Shown here piece after piece: positions 51,031-64,000 of a DNA stretch of 64,000 bases. The stretch is from NCBI RefSeq assembly GCF_036321535.1, contig NC_087436.1:103418001-103482000 (forward strand), read 5' to 3'. The translations under genes were made by a program, and so were the position numbers. This stretch comes from Camelus dromedarius. Its lineage: Eukaryota. Every line of letters begins with the position of its first letter. The first letter of the stretch is position 1. The notes under the pieces are model-generated. The model was not told where the DNA came from and made no database searches. It saw nothing but the letters and a program-made list of their open reading frames with translations.

Positions 51031-51719
51031 AAGTCAAATACCTTTAAAAATTATATTTATTTGGTTTTAATTTCATCTTATTTCAAAGTACAGTTTAATG
51101 AATTTTCAAAGTATATATAATTAATTTAATCTCTCATCTAAAATTGTATTTATTTTGGTTTTAATCTGTTTATGTATTTTAGCTATTATCTTCTAAATAA
51201 TTTGCAAAGTGTTTTCTAGTTTCAAGAACGTCCTATGCCTTTATCAAGAACATTTAACAGAGAAAATATGCATTTCTCCACTTGGGCCCAATATCATGGT
51301 TTGAGTACCCAGTAAAGTGATGGATTTTATATATACATATATATATTTTTAAGTTTTAGTTTTAATTGTACAATTAACACAGGACCTAAATGTGATGCTA
51401 ATGTTATATATATTAGAATGAGTGTTGATTTTCAACTGAATTTATACAGGCATGATTTTTGGAATAATCCAAAATCTGGCTTCATACTCAGATCACATAA
51501 CAGCTCTGCATTCTGTCTATATGCAATATTTGAAATGACTGTTTACTTTTGAATAGGATTAGATGATTTCAAAATCTTTTCTAATTCTGAAAGTCAAAAA
51601 TTTTAAAGAATCCAATATCAAATTGTATATGAAAAGCAAAGGTAGAATAGAAAGATAATGGATATGATGATCAAAAACAGAAATACCCATAATACAAGAC
51701 TAAGACAGAATAAGAAATC

Positions 51720-52200
51720 ATTGAGTTTGGATATTTAAGAAAGGCTTCCTGAAGGTTTGCCTTTGACAATGCGTGGAATCTATCAAAGACAAATCTGAAG
51801 AGCACTGGGAAAGTACGAAAGTAAGAAAGGGCACACAATTCAGAAATTTAGAGGCTTATTCAACAAATCATAGGGACTAGAGATAAATTTAAGTTTCATG
51901 CGTGTATAAGGAAGTAGTGAGAGAAATATCTGGAAATTTGAAATGCAACCATATTCTGGAAATTATTAAATTAGAAAGAGAAAAGTTTGACTACTATTTA
52001 TGAGACAATGGACAAACACTGAACAGGAGAAATATGATAACAATTACACTTTAAGCTGATTATTTTTTTCAGCAGTAGACATGATAGTCTGAATAATGAA
52101 AAGAAACCAAAACAGAAAAAAAAAATTAAAGCCTGCTGCAACAGTCTAGCAAAGAGCTAACAAGATTTTGAAGAAGAATGTTGGCAACAGGAGAGGAAAA
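51720..52200 (-). mobile_element. L2 fragment
   Basis: 'gaaaggcttcctgaagg...aagtttgactactatttta...gcctgctgcaacagtctagcaaagag' degenerate antisense L2. Confidence 0.55.
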
Positions 52201-53039
52201 GCAAAAGGTGGCAAAAGGGAAGAGGGGTCTATCAAATTCCTTCTAAGTTTCAGGAGTTAGATGGGCTGATATAATTTAAAATTTTATAATTCTCATGACA
52301 ACTGTATGAGGTTGATATTATTACTATCTTTGAACAGGAGATACTAACATGTTCATAGAATCTGCATTATTAGAAATTCCAGATTCTAAAGGTCTACAGA
52401 CGCAGGATCTACTACCAAGTTCTGTTGGGTTTCTCTATACACACTCCTTAACCACTCTCATTTGGTAACAATAATGCTTAAGAATGAACACAGAATTCCA
52501 CTCTCTGCCTTTTACAAAGAGCAAGGCATGTCCATCAACACATCTTTCAAAGATCAACTATTACCTCTCATGTGACCATCATTTCATTTTGCTCACTTCC
52601 AAATCATTTAAGATTTAAGTATCAGATGTATTTAAGTACATCTGACTAGCAGAACATATATCACCATCCTTCGCCTCAGCTGCGTGGGATTCTTGGGAAA
52701 AAGTTTCCTGACTTGTGACTTAGCAAGGCAAGGTTCAAAATAAGGATTATTTTCAAATACAGACAGACATAACATCAAATAAAGATGTTCTATCACTGCA
52801 AATCATGAATATCCATTAGAGCCTTTATCTTAATACCAGCAACTCATTATTAATATGCACAATATATATATAATTCTTCCCTATTTAAATTTCCAAACAA
52901 CAGCATGCACCCTCTATCCAACAGATACTATATAAATAGAAGGGGAAGGAGAGGGAAAACTGAAACAGACAGATGGAGGGATGGAATGCAGAGCAGAAGG
53001 GATACAGTCAATATTTTAATTATGATTTTATATGTATAA

Positions 53040-53146
53040 TTACAACTTTGTATGGTGTGTAACTATAAAATATCAAATTACTATGTTGTACACCTGAAAC
53101 TAATATAAGATTGTAATATTTATACTTCAGTAACTTTTTAAAAAAG
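53040..53146 (+). mobile_element. Short L1 3' terminal fragment
   Basis: 'atcaaattactatgttgtacacctgaaactaatataag...tatacttcagt...aaaaaag'. Confidence 0.75.
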
Positions 53147-54493
53147 ACTATAGTTGGTACTGAGACTGCTTTTTCCAATATGTATTTCATGTTCCTTTTG
53201 CTCTCAGCTAGTGGCTCAGTTGACCAATGTTGTTTACCTGGAAATGTGACATAAAACTGAATTTCCTAAGGAAGTTCTTAGTTATTTTACATTTATTATG
53301 ATGCTGTTACTATCCATTAACTTTTCCCAAAGATATGACAGTACTTGAAGGTACGTCAAAGGATTCTCTGGGTTTATTTTAATCTTTCTTCCCTGACTGG
53401 GTTAACAAAAAGACTATATCCCTTTAGTAATCAAAATTAATTACCCAGCCAACACAATAATCTTTTTATCCCTTTTTATTCCAGTGCCAGGAAGTCTGAA
53501 ATAACCAGGCAGAAGTTTTAGCTGCCAATTAAATGGAACTGTGTTGCATCCTTGGGTACTATAAACTAGCAGATCCTAGAGTTACAGTGGCTTGAAAATA
53601 AATGGAATCATGAACACTGAACCTTTCAAGTTTTTGATGCTGGCACCAATTTTTACATTTTATCAGAGGTGCAGTCTTGATTTTGGTTTACTATTTTGAT
53701 ATGAAAAGAAATACTCTAGAAGTTTCCACTTGGTTGGTTATACCATCCCATCCCTTCCGATACATAGCCAATGTAGATACTGTGAGTTGCTGATTATATT
53801 TCTTCTAACCATATATTAAAATTGAGATATAACCACAGATATATTTATAGACAAATTAAGTTACTTTGAGGGAGACTTGGGCCAAACTCCAACTACCATT
53901 TGACCTCTAGGAACCTATAAACCACAGTCTTATCCAGTTAAACCTGGAAACAGCGTTAGTTCAGAATCAGTGTCAATCACTGGATATTTTGTTTACTTGG
54001 CTCTTTTATGAGTACAATTACCCTAGGAACTAGGCATAGGTCCCCTTGGAGAAAGCTAGCTGGAAAGTTCTTTAAATGTCGGTGTAACATTATTCCATAC
54101 TTTTTCCTCAAGGTTATTCAAACTGGCCTCTTCTAAACTTCCTTTTAGAAATTATCAAGATTCTTTGACTCTTCAGTAATGACTCTAGTTAGGTATTTTT
54201 GGAAAAAGAAATTTCTTAGGAATTTATTTTTCTTATGTCCCATTTCTTTTGGTGCTAGGGACCAACGATAAATTAGCGATAGCCAAAGATCACTGTGGAC
54301 TAGGTCATTCTGGTTGCCACCCTGGCTCTGAAACCTATTTGCATAGCTATACCCACTTTGTAACACTTAACACTAGTGGCTAGTGGCCAAGTGCGTATAA
54401 GTACTAAAGTAGATTTCAGAGCCTCAAGGTCCATCATCTCCATTAAAATCATAAAGTCAATTTCAAGGCACCACCTACCAACTGTACTCTTAC

Positions 54494-54556
54494 CTTTACA
54501 AAGGAGAGAAACTACAGCCCTTCTCAAAGATGCTACATCACTGAGCCATGTAATTC
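54494..54556 (-). other. Candidate internal exon (63 nt, phase 1/1)
   Basis: Strong donor AAAG|GTAAGAG; moderate acceptor CTCTCTTCATCAAGACAATAG| (a competing AG lies 7 nt upstream); only open frame (G)ITWLSDVASLRRAVVSLLCK. Confidence 0.3.
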
Positions 54557-54819
54557 CTATTGTCTTGATGAAGAGAGTATATAAGTGAGTTGCATACATG
54601 TGGCTTACTCAAGTATTCCTATTTCTGTAACTCTTTAGGCTCTTTCTATACTATACCAAAAAGTCTTTGTCATCACAACTTTATTTAGTAAGTAATGAAA
54701 TTAGCTCTAGCTAGTTTTAACCAAAAAGCAATTTTGTAAAGTTGTGTAAGAAGCTCACTGAATCTCAAGACAGACTGTATACCACTCTGAGGCTAAGCAG
54801 TCAGAAGTGCCCATGCAAT

Positions 54820-54890
54820 AGGGTTGACAGGTTTAGCAAATAAAAATATAGGACACCAACTAAAATTGCATTTCAGATAAACAACAGACC
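54820..54890. mobile_element. MER53-like hAT fragment
   Basis: 'agggttgacaggtttagcaaataaaaatataggacacc...atttcagataaacaac'. Confidence 0.75.
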
Positions 54891-56102
54891 TATCTGTCTT
54901 AAAGAATCAGGCGTATTTTACAACACATTTGTTAGAAGATGTATTCTCTCATATGTGATCACCGTTGAACCTGTTTTGTTAGTCCATCTGATGGTAAGTC
55001 ATTATGAGTGAATCCCAGTTTGATGAGCCTGGCAATGCAAGCTTCCTGTTTTCCATCTTGCGAAGATGTGATTCCCAAACTGGGCAATTAACAAAAATAG
55101 GGAGAATATTCAAAGTTAATGAGTAGCTAAACAAATCAATGTCTATGACACTCTGCGGCTGGGACTTGGAAGTGTGAATCTGGATCCATCAGTCCATTAT
55201 ATGCTATTAGATTGAATCACAGTGACATATTTGTAGCCCAAATATTTTACAGTTAAACAATAAGTAATTTATATTCAAATAATAATTAAAATATTTCTTC
55301 TCTAATTCTCCCACATTGGCAAATTGTTCAGCATTTGTGGACTGTCAGCTCTTTCCATTTTAGAATATTCAGTGAAGAAATATTATACTAACTCTCTGAA
55401 AATAATGTCCTAATAAAGAACAAATTAAGTCTTTAAATGTGTTATTTCTTCCAAATGTTCAAACTCCTTTTCTAACTGGTTTTATTTTTAGATAAAGAGA
55501 ATAAATTATATAATTATAGGAAACTCTTGGGCTCCTCTATTTTATCTTACTACAGTGCATGAAAGATATCTATATGGAGCTTTTCAAAGCAAGCCTGGAG
55601 GGTTTTGGCATTCAGAGATTTTAGTCAAGAGCTATCAGCTCCCTGCAGCATTACACTAGAATGTTACATATTGTTCAGACAATTTATTTCTATAAAATTT
55701 TATAGCCAAAGTGGTTTTGCTTAGGAAAGAAACTAAAATGCCTTCTAATTATTCCCATATCAAATGTTGGCTGCATGGTTGTTTGACAGATACACATTTC
55801 AGTTAAAAAAACAAAACAAAACTAGATAGTATGAAAATTAGAAAGTATCCCAGGGTACAGCTACACTCTAAGTAGACAGGGGTATGAAATATTAGGCAAA
55901 ATGAGGAAAGGGGAGTTACCATTCAAAAGTGGAAACATATCCACAGGATAAACTCTCAGAAAATGAAAATATGTCTGAGTTCAAGGCTTTTCCTTTCATC
56001 TGAACCATCTACTTATCATTCCAAATAGAAGCTGGAGACTAACACTGAGAGCACAAAGTGCCACTTAACATAACAAGGCTTTGGTAATTATTATTAAAAC
56101 AT

Positions 56103-56460
56103 ATGACAGGTAGGTTATTTAAAAATGCCCTAGATCTTTTGCCGTTGAACCAACAACTCCTGGAATGTGATGCCATCAAAATCTGCAGTCCATTTCTCCA
56201 TCTCATTCAGTCCAGGCTGACCTTGGACTTGCTTTGGCAAAAATAATGAAGCCTGAGTGAGTGACATGGGTCCAAATGTGGGTGTAAAGAGGTGTTGCAC
56301 ACTTTTGTTCACTCTCTAGTGAACACTCATTATTTGAGCAAGCCTGGGCTATCCTCCTGGAGAATAAAAGACCACATAGAACAGAAATGGGTCATCTCAT
56401 CTGAAATAATTCTAGACCAGCCAACGCTCAGCTGACTTACAACCTTACCATCCAGCTGAC
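56103..56460 (+). mobile_element. MaLR LTR fragment (MLT1G/H-like)
   Basis: 'gacttgctttggc...aagaggtgttgcac...gcaagcctgggctatcctcctggagaat...ctagaccagccaac'. Confidence 0.7.
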
Positions 56461-56479
56461 TTCACAATTATGTGGACTC

Positions 56480-57650
56480 TGAGCACATACATATTAGGTT
56501 GTTTAATGTGTTGTCACAGCTCACTGATTCTCTTGTCTACTTTATTGTTCAGGCTTTTGTCATTTTGGATATATTTTGTTTCTAGGTCTTTAAATTCATT
56601 AATGTTGTGCAGTTTCTAGTCTCTTCTTGATCCTATATATTTCTCATCCTAGATATTTTACTTTTCATCTCTAATAGTTTAAACTGGATCTTTTTAGACC
56701 TTTCATTTTTCCCCTTATCATGTTCATGCTTTCCACTAGTTACTTGAATATATGGAATATATTTATATTGGCCTTTTTATCATTCCTTTTTACTAATTCT
56801 ATTACTTGTGTCAAATCTAGTTCTACTTCTATTAACTGATTTTTCTTCTCATCATGGGTCATATTTTCTTATTTTTCATGCTCATTTTATTGAGTGCAAT
56901 TGAGAATTTTATGTTTTGGGTTTTGTGTGTGTGTGTATGTGTGTGTGTGTGTGTGTGTGCGTGTGTGTGTTCCTTTAAATATTTTAAGGCTTCATTTTGT
57001 TGTGCAGTTAAGTTACTTGGGAACAATTTGATCCATTATTTCCAAGCTTGTTTTTAACCTTTCTTAGGCAGTTTCAAAACAGCACTTAATTAAGGGCAAA
57101 GCACGCCCCACTAACTGAATTTCCTTCTGAGAACTCTACCAATGTCCCTTGTTTTGGAGGTCTTTCCACTTTGGCTGGAACACAAATTATTCCTGGTCCT
57201 ATCTGAACTTCAAGGATGATTCTGCCTTGTCCTTCCTACGTGTCTTTCCCTGGATTCAGGTTTCCTCACACATATGTGCTTATCAGTACTTAGGTTAAGA
57301 CTTGAGAGTAACCCTTTTTGGTTCTAATGTGTTCTTTCTACACGCAGCTCTCTTTCTGGCACTCTGCTCTGTTAGTTCTCGGCAACTTGACTTTCACAAA
57401 TTCTGACTCTCTCATCCTAATGCCAGGAGACTGCTGGGTTCTACTGAGGTGTGTCCTTCCTGCACGTCTGTGTTGGGAGCATGGACAGCCCACCTCATTT
57501 GCTTCTCTTTTTGCAGGGATCACTGTCTCCCACTGACTGTTTTCTGATATCTGAAAACTGTAATTTCATATATTTTGTCATTTTGTTTTGTTTTGCTTTT
57601 AAGTCTTCAGGGTGAATCCAGTTTTTGAAACATCATCATGATCAAGTGAA
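56480..57650 (-). mobile_element. Old L1 5' region (L1M4/HAL1-like)
   Basis: 'gtcacagctcactga...tttcatctctaatagtt...atgggtcatattttc...gcagttaagttacttggg...gggatcactgtc' typical of antisense old L1 5'/ORF1 region. Confidence 0.65.
56924..56969. repeat. Imperfect (TG)n microsatellite
   Basis: TG run with TA and CG interruptions. Confidence 0.95.
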
Positions 57651-58479
57651 AGTCCTTTTTATTCATTTTTCCTTCAATATATTCACTTACTTGACAGACA
57701 GTCATCAATTACACTTTGTGAAGCAGGTTGTCTAATTTTCCAATAAATTCAAACACTAATCTCCTTGAAGGTATTGACTTTTCTTGTTCACTTGAGGTTA
57801 TTATTGTGGGCAACATAAACTAACACTTGCTAGTATAAAATATAAAGAGAAAATTTAGTGGAAGAATATTTGTAGCTCCTAGAATTAACAAAAGGATTAG
57901 ATAATTAGCAGAAATCAAGGGGACTCTGAAGGCTAGGTTGCAGGTCCTTATCCAAGGTTGGTCTATATGGCCTCACTATGGTTGTAGGAGAAACAGAAGA
58001 GCAAGGACCTGATTAGACTGGCTTTTGAAGTGGCAACATTCAGTGGCAGAAAGGTGCTAAGAATGTCCTCCTACTCAAACTTTACATAGATCAGGTTACT
58101 TACATAATAGAATTAAGTTAGGAGCTGAGCAGACAGCTTATATGTCCTGAATAAAAAGTAATGAAAGGATATGAGGTCCTATTTCATTACTCTTCAGAAG
58201 TTCTTCTTAAGTAGCCATATTCCATTTTATAACTTAAATCCAGCTAATTGAAACAAACAAACAAAAAAGAGTTCTTCTATGTGGGTGCTCATTACAAATT
58301 GAAAAGGTAATCTCAATGAAGAGGTTTTTTTTTTTTCAACGTTCTTATTCAAGATAAAATAAGAAGATAATGAAGATACTTAGCAACATGCCATATTTAA
58401 GTTTGATGGCCATCTATTGCATTCCTACTTTGTCCTTGATACCTCTAAATAATATTTAATGCAATTAAGAGAGTTGGGT

Positions 58480-58605
58480 TACATAGACATGTTCCTTTTA
58501 ACAAATGAGACTGCTTTGGGAGGTTAAATGACTCATCCAAGATTATATGGTTGATAAGTGAAACTGATATTAAAGTTCATTTTTTACTTCAAATCCAGAA
58601 TTTCC
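58480..58605 (-). mobile_element. MIR SINE
   Basis: 'acaaatgagactg...gaggttaaatgactcatccaagattatatgg'. Confidence 0.6.
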
Positions 58606-58719
58606 AAAACATTTCTTTCTATTTGAATTCTCCTTCAAGTGGAATATACTTTTTAAAATTTACAATTAACTAAAGTATGATACTGAAATATAATTGCAGT
58701 TTATTTTTTATAAAACACA

Positions 58720-58972
58720 TGTAGTGAATAATTTACAGAGTAAAATCCATTGTTTACAAGTGTACAGTTTAATTTGCACAGTTGTGACCAAGCCTATGCA
58801 GCCATATAACCACCACATCAATCAAAACATAAAATATTCCCATCATTCCAACAAGATTCCTCTTAACAGTCAATCCCATGCCCTATACCCTGGTCTTTGG
58901 CAAAGATATACTTTATTTCCTTACAATTTTTCAACTTCTTCCAGAATGTCACATAAATGCAATCACATATGC
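58720..58972 (-). mobile_element. Old L1 3' end fragment
   Basis: 'aagtgtacagtttaat...aaccaccacatcaatcaaaacataaaatattcccatc...ttccagaatgtcacataaatgcaatc'. Confidence 0.7.
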
Positions 58973-59700
58973 AGACCCTGATGGCTTCAACAGTGAATTC
59001 TTTCAAACTTTTAAAAAAGAAATAATACCAATATTACAAGACATTACATGAATACATACTAATATATATTAAAAGTAATATATTTAAATAAAATAATGCA
59101 TCATGACTAAAGAGGTTCATTCATAGGGTGAAAGTTTTGTTTATAATTCAAAATACCAGTGTATTTTACCACATTAAGATAAAGAAAAAATAATCATTGT
59201 GTGATCATTTTGATTGATTCTGGGAAAAAATCAGACAGTATGTAGAATGCATATATGCTTAAAAATATCACCATAAACAACAATTATTAGAACTACTGGA
59301 ACAACTATTGGAAAATCAGGAATGACACACAGACACACACAAAAAAACTTTAATCTGGATTAGAATATCTACAAAGAGTTTACAATCAAAATAAATCCAT
59401 GATATGGTAAAATATTCCAAGCCTTTCCCTTGACCATTTACCAGAAGCAGTACAATCCATATTTTACTGGAAAATATGAGAAGTGAAATAAGGCAGAAAA
59501 GGAAATAAATTTATAAAGTTTTGAAGAAAGAAATAAAATTGTCATTACTTATAGATGGCATAATTATATTTATAGAACATAAAAATCTATTAATTAAATT
59601 AGTGAATTTTAAAATATTACTCCTAAAGCAACTTTAAAAACATGTCTACCTACCAGCAATACTATTTGAAATTTTTTAAATGATAATTCTTCTAAAGGCT
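58973..59700 (+). mobile_element. Very old L1 ORF2 fragment
   Basis: 'cagtgaattctttcaaacttttaaaaaagaaataatacc', 'gaaagaaataaaattgtcattacttatagatggcataattat' (degenerate RT motif). Confidence 0.7.
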
Positions 59701-62700
59701 ACTTTATCCAGCAACAGCAGAATATACATTCTTCTAAAAATCACCAGGACATTCATCAAGATAGACCACACTCTAGCCACAAAACACATTTTAATAAATT
59801 TAAAAGAACAGAAATCATGCAGTGTCTCCTCTCAGACCACAATGTAATGAAACTAGAAGTCAATAATGAAAAAATAACCCAAATACATGGAGATTAAACA
59901 ACACACTTCTAAATAACACATGGATCAAAGAAATCTCAAAAGATTAAAATTTTTGAAAAAACTGTATATGCAAACATCATCAAAATTTCTGGGATTCAGT
60001 GAAAGCAGTGCTTAGAGGGAAATGTATAGAATTGAATGAATATATTAGAAAAGAAGAAAGAGCTAAAATCAATAATCCGCTTTCACCTTAGGAAACTAGA
60101 AAAAGAAGGATAAATTAAATGCAAAGTAAGTAGACAAAAAATAATAAAAATTAGAGGAGAAATCAATGAAATTAAAAAAGAATTAAGAGTATAAAAAAAA
60201 TGAAACCAAAAACTGGTCCTTTAAAAAGATTAATGAAATCAAAAGACCTCTAGCTAGGTTAAGGAATAAAGAGAGAGGACACAAATTACTAATGTCAGAA
60301 ATGAAAGAGGTGACATTATTACTCATGTCATGCATATTAAAAATATAATAAAGAATATTATGGACAACTCTATACCCACAATTAGATAACCTAGCCAAAA
60401 TAAACCAATTCCTTCAAAGATACGATCTGCCTAAACTCAAATAAGAAACAGATTATATAAATACGCCTATCTATATCTATTAAGGAAATTGAATTAATAA
60501 TTAATAACTTTCCAAAACAGAAGGCATCAGGCCCAGATGGGTTGACTGGTGAATTCTACCAATCCAAAACACATTCATAATATAAATTCTTAGTAAACTA
60601 GTAATAGAAGGGAACTTCCCCAATTTGATAAAGAATAGCTACAAAATATATACAGCTAATATTAAACTTTATGTTGAGAAACTTGAAGCTCTGTCACTAA
60701 GATCAGGTATGAGGCAAGGACATCCCCTCTAATCACCCCCTTTCAATATCATACTGAAAGTTCTAGCTAATGTAATAAAACATAAAAAGTATACAAACTG
60801 AGAAGGAAGAAATAAAACTGTCTTTGTTCACAGATGACATGATCTTCTATGTAGACAATCTGACAATCAACAAAAACACCCCTACAACTAATAAGTGATT
60901 ATAATAAAGTTTCAGGATAGAAGGTTAATACACAAAAGTTAATCACTTTCCTGTATACCTGCAATACATAAGTAGAGTTAGAAATTAATTTTGAGTACAA
61001 TTTATATTTGTACCTCAAAAAATGAGATACTTACATATAAATCTAACAAAACATACACATCTCTATGAGAAAAATTATAAGACTCTGATGAGTGAAATCA
61101 AAGAAAAACTAAATAGAGAAATATTCCATGTTTATGGATAGAAAAACAATATTTTCAATATGTCAGTTCTTCCCAAATTGGTATTTAGATTCAATGCAAT
61201 TTCAATCAAAATCCCAGCAAGTCACTCTGTGACTATTTACTTACCAATTCTAAACTTTATAAAGAGAGGCAAAAGGCCCAGAATAACCAACACAATATTG
61301 AAGGAGAAGAGTAAAGTTGGAGGGTTAACACATCCTGACTTCAAGACTCACCAGAAGGCTATAGTAATCAAGAACCTGAGGTACTGGTGAAAGAATAGGC
61401 AAATATAACAGTGGAAAAGAACAGATCTCAGAACTTGACTCACAGAAATATAATCCATTGCTCTTTTAAAAGGAGCAAAAGCATAAAATAGATCCAAGAT
61501 ATCTTTTTAAAAAATGATGCTAGAACAACTAATATCCATGTGGAAAAAAAGGAAAGAAAAAGAAAAAAATTAGACACATACCTTATGCCCTTCACAAAAA
61601 TTAACTCAAAATGGATCCCAGACTTAAATGTAAAATGCAAAACTATAAAATGTATAGAAGATAATGTAGGAGAAAACCTAGATGACCTTGGGCATGGTGA
61701 TAACTTTTTAGATATAACACCAAAGACACAACCCATGAAAGGAACAACTGATAAACTAAACTTCATTAAAATGTAAACCTTCTGCACTGCAAAACACAGT
61801 GTCAACAGAACTAGAAGACTTGCCACAGACTGGAAGAAGACATCTGCAAAAGACACATCTGATAAAGTACTGTTATCCAACATATACAAATAACTCTTAA
61901 AAATCAACAACAAGAAAGATGGCAACCCAATTAAAAAAAAAAAAGTAGGCCAAAGACTTTACACACACCTCCCCAAAGAAGATATACAGATGACAGTAAG
62001 CATATGAGAAGATGCTCCACATCATATATTATCAGGGAAATGCAAATGGAAACAACAATGAGACACCCTCTACATACTCATTAGAGGAGCCAAAATCTAC
62101 AACATTGACAACACTGAGTGCTGGTGAGGATGCGGAGCAATAGGAATTCATCCATTGCTGATGAGAATGCAAAATGGTACAGCAAACTTCCCACCAAACT
62201 ATAGGAAGACAGTCTGGTGGTTTCCTATAAAACAAAACGTACTCTTACCATAAGATCCAGCTATCATGCCGCCTGGTATTTACCCAAAGAAACTGAAAAC
62301 TTATGTCCATACAAAAACCTGCACACAGATGTTTATAGCAGCTTTATAAACGCCAACTTGGAAGCACCAAGATGTCCTTCAGTGGGTGAAGGGTAATAAA
62401 CTATAGTACATCTAGACAATAGAATATATTCAGCTATAAAAAGAAATGAGATAAATTAACTATATTTCAATTTTTAAAAAGGGGGAAATGAGACATCAAG
62501 CCATGAAAAGACATGGAGAAACCTTAAATACGTATTACTGAGTGAAAGAAGTCAACCTCAACAGACTACCTGCTGTTTCCAGTATATGACATTATAGTAA
62601 AGGAGTGGTTGTCAGAGTGAGGGAGGTGGGTGGCATGAATAGGCAGAGCTCAGAGGATGTTTAGACGAGTGAAAATACTCTGTGAGATACCATAGGATAG

Positions 62701-62965
62701 ATACATGTCATCATATATTTGTCCAAACCAATAGACCACACAACACCATGAGGTAATCACTACGTAAACTATGGATTCTGGGTGATCATGATGTGTCAGT
62801 TTAGGTTTACCATTGGTAACAACTGTACCACTCTGGTGGGGGATGTTAATATTTGGGAGGCTATGTTTTTATGGGGGTAAGGGGCATATGCGAACTCTCT
62901 ATATCTTCCATTTAATTTTGCTGTGAATCTTAAACTTCTCTTAAAAAATCTAAATTTTAAAAAAG
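59700..62965 (+). mobile_element. L1MC-like LINE, ~3.3 kb ORF2 plus 3' UTR, with internal deletion near 60563
   Basis: Endonuclease-region 'atagaccacactctagccac' (IDH motif); RT 'ttcacagatgacatgatc' (FTDDMI); ORFs 61160-61390 and 61540-61776 are ORF2 pieces; L1MC-type 3' end. Confidence 0.95.
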
Positions 62966-62974
62966 GTAATTCCT

Positions 62975-63120
62975 TTATTTTAACTTGAAACTTAGAATAG
63001 ATTAACTGAGATAGAGTTGACACACAATAAACTACATGTTATTTAATGCCCACAATTTGATATTTTTTGACATATGTATACACTGTGAAACCATCACTGC
63101 AATCAAGATAATGGATGTTA
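62975..63120 (-). mobile_element. Old L1 3' terminal fragment
   Basis: 'ttgacatatgtatacactgtgaaaccatcactgcaatcaagataatgga'. Confidence 0.75.
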
Positions 63121-64000
63121 TAACAACTAAACTTATTAAATAGCTAAAAACAGATTTGAAAACCAGAACATAAAATTGAGAAGAATTAAATTAACTCTTA
63201 ATAAATCAATGGATACAACACTTGAACAGATTGGAAAACTAGCTGTTGTGAAGATATCAATATTCCCAAATAAATATTTATAAATGAATATTTTGAGGTC
63301 TAATTCATTTTGATCTTATATTTCAGCATTGTTATAGACTATGAAAGTAATCTAGAATTGGAATTCAAATATATGGACTCTTTCTGCTTTAAAATATGTA
63401 AGGAAATATTACTTAGAACTAGATCCTTGCAGATCTTATTTGCAGATGTAGGTGATGATATTCTTTGTTCACATTAACAAGTAGATGGATATGAAACATT
63501 TTGTCAATTCAACTCTATCAACTACCTCTGTGATATATCCCAAAATTTCACGGTCACCTATAATCAAAAATTATTATTAATAAACTCTGCACCAACAAAT
63601 CAATTTGATCTTCCATCAATATTATTCAAATAAAAATTTGAAAAACAACTGATTTACAAAAGGATTTGGTTACACAGTCATTTGAATCAGCCATTTTCTC
63701 AACACCTACATCAGTAGATTGTTCTTTTGGAGCCTCTGAGATTTTTGCATCCCAAAACAATCTACTATAACAAATTAGAAGTAGATTAGAGGTATCCCAT
63801 TGTTTTGTGAAGTGTGAGAAGGGTGATTTTTAAAGAGAAGACAGAAAATGCAAATCTGCATAATGATGGAGGCACGCAGACAGATAAATTGTAGGTAAAA
63901 GTACATAGGGAAGATGAGAATTTAGACACAAATTCCTCACTTCTACTTGTACCCCTAAAACTCTTGGAATGTTTTTACACAGTCTCAGGTGAAAGCATAG

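Noticed and set aside
720..58540. Scattered AP-1 heptamers (TGAGTCA/TGACTCA)
   Set aside because: The number seen by eye is about what chance gives for a 7-mer in this length.
1117..63023. Most ORF-track entries as protein-coding genes
   Set aside because: They are short, often start at non-ATG codons, overlap repeats or simple sequence, and show no recognisable domains apart from L1 ORF2 pieces.
63526..63557. Minus-strand 32-nt exon reading VTVKFWDISQ (WD40-like)
   Set aside because: The donor GAG|GTAGTT is weak, the match is only a few residues, and the phase does not fit the other candidate internal exons.
1..64000. Prokaryotic-type systems (CRISPR array, operon, defence island)
   Set aside because: The sequence is mammalian and repeat-rich, with no long ORFs and no regularly spaced direct repeats.

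Overview
AT-rich mammalian genomic DNA, very probably camelid (alpaca/llama/camel), judged from two copies of a tRNA-Ala-derived Vic-1-type SINE and from cetartiodactyl-type L1 3' ends. Much of the window is interspersed repeat: young and old L1, L2, MIR, CR1/L3, MaLR LTRs including one probable LTR-internal-LTR provirus, and Tigger and hAT MITEs. The only ORFs with a recognisable product are L1 ORF2 remnants; the rest of the ORF track looks like chance or antisense-repeat ORFs. I could not name any protein-coding gene. There is a plausible but unverified set of minus-strand exons (54494-54556, 41497-41559, and a terminal exon from 38111) with downstream poly(A) signals, plus a good CTCF motif near 10.13 kb. 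The most notable item is a 355-bp element at 4899-5253, flanked by a target-site duplication (TSD), that joins the extreme 5' end of an L1 directly to its 3' UTR. Its junction looks like a splice junction, suggesting a retroposed L1 with both ORFs spliced out. Repeat family names come from remembered consensus sequences, not from a search, and boundaries of old repeats are approximate.
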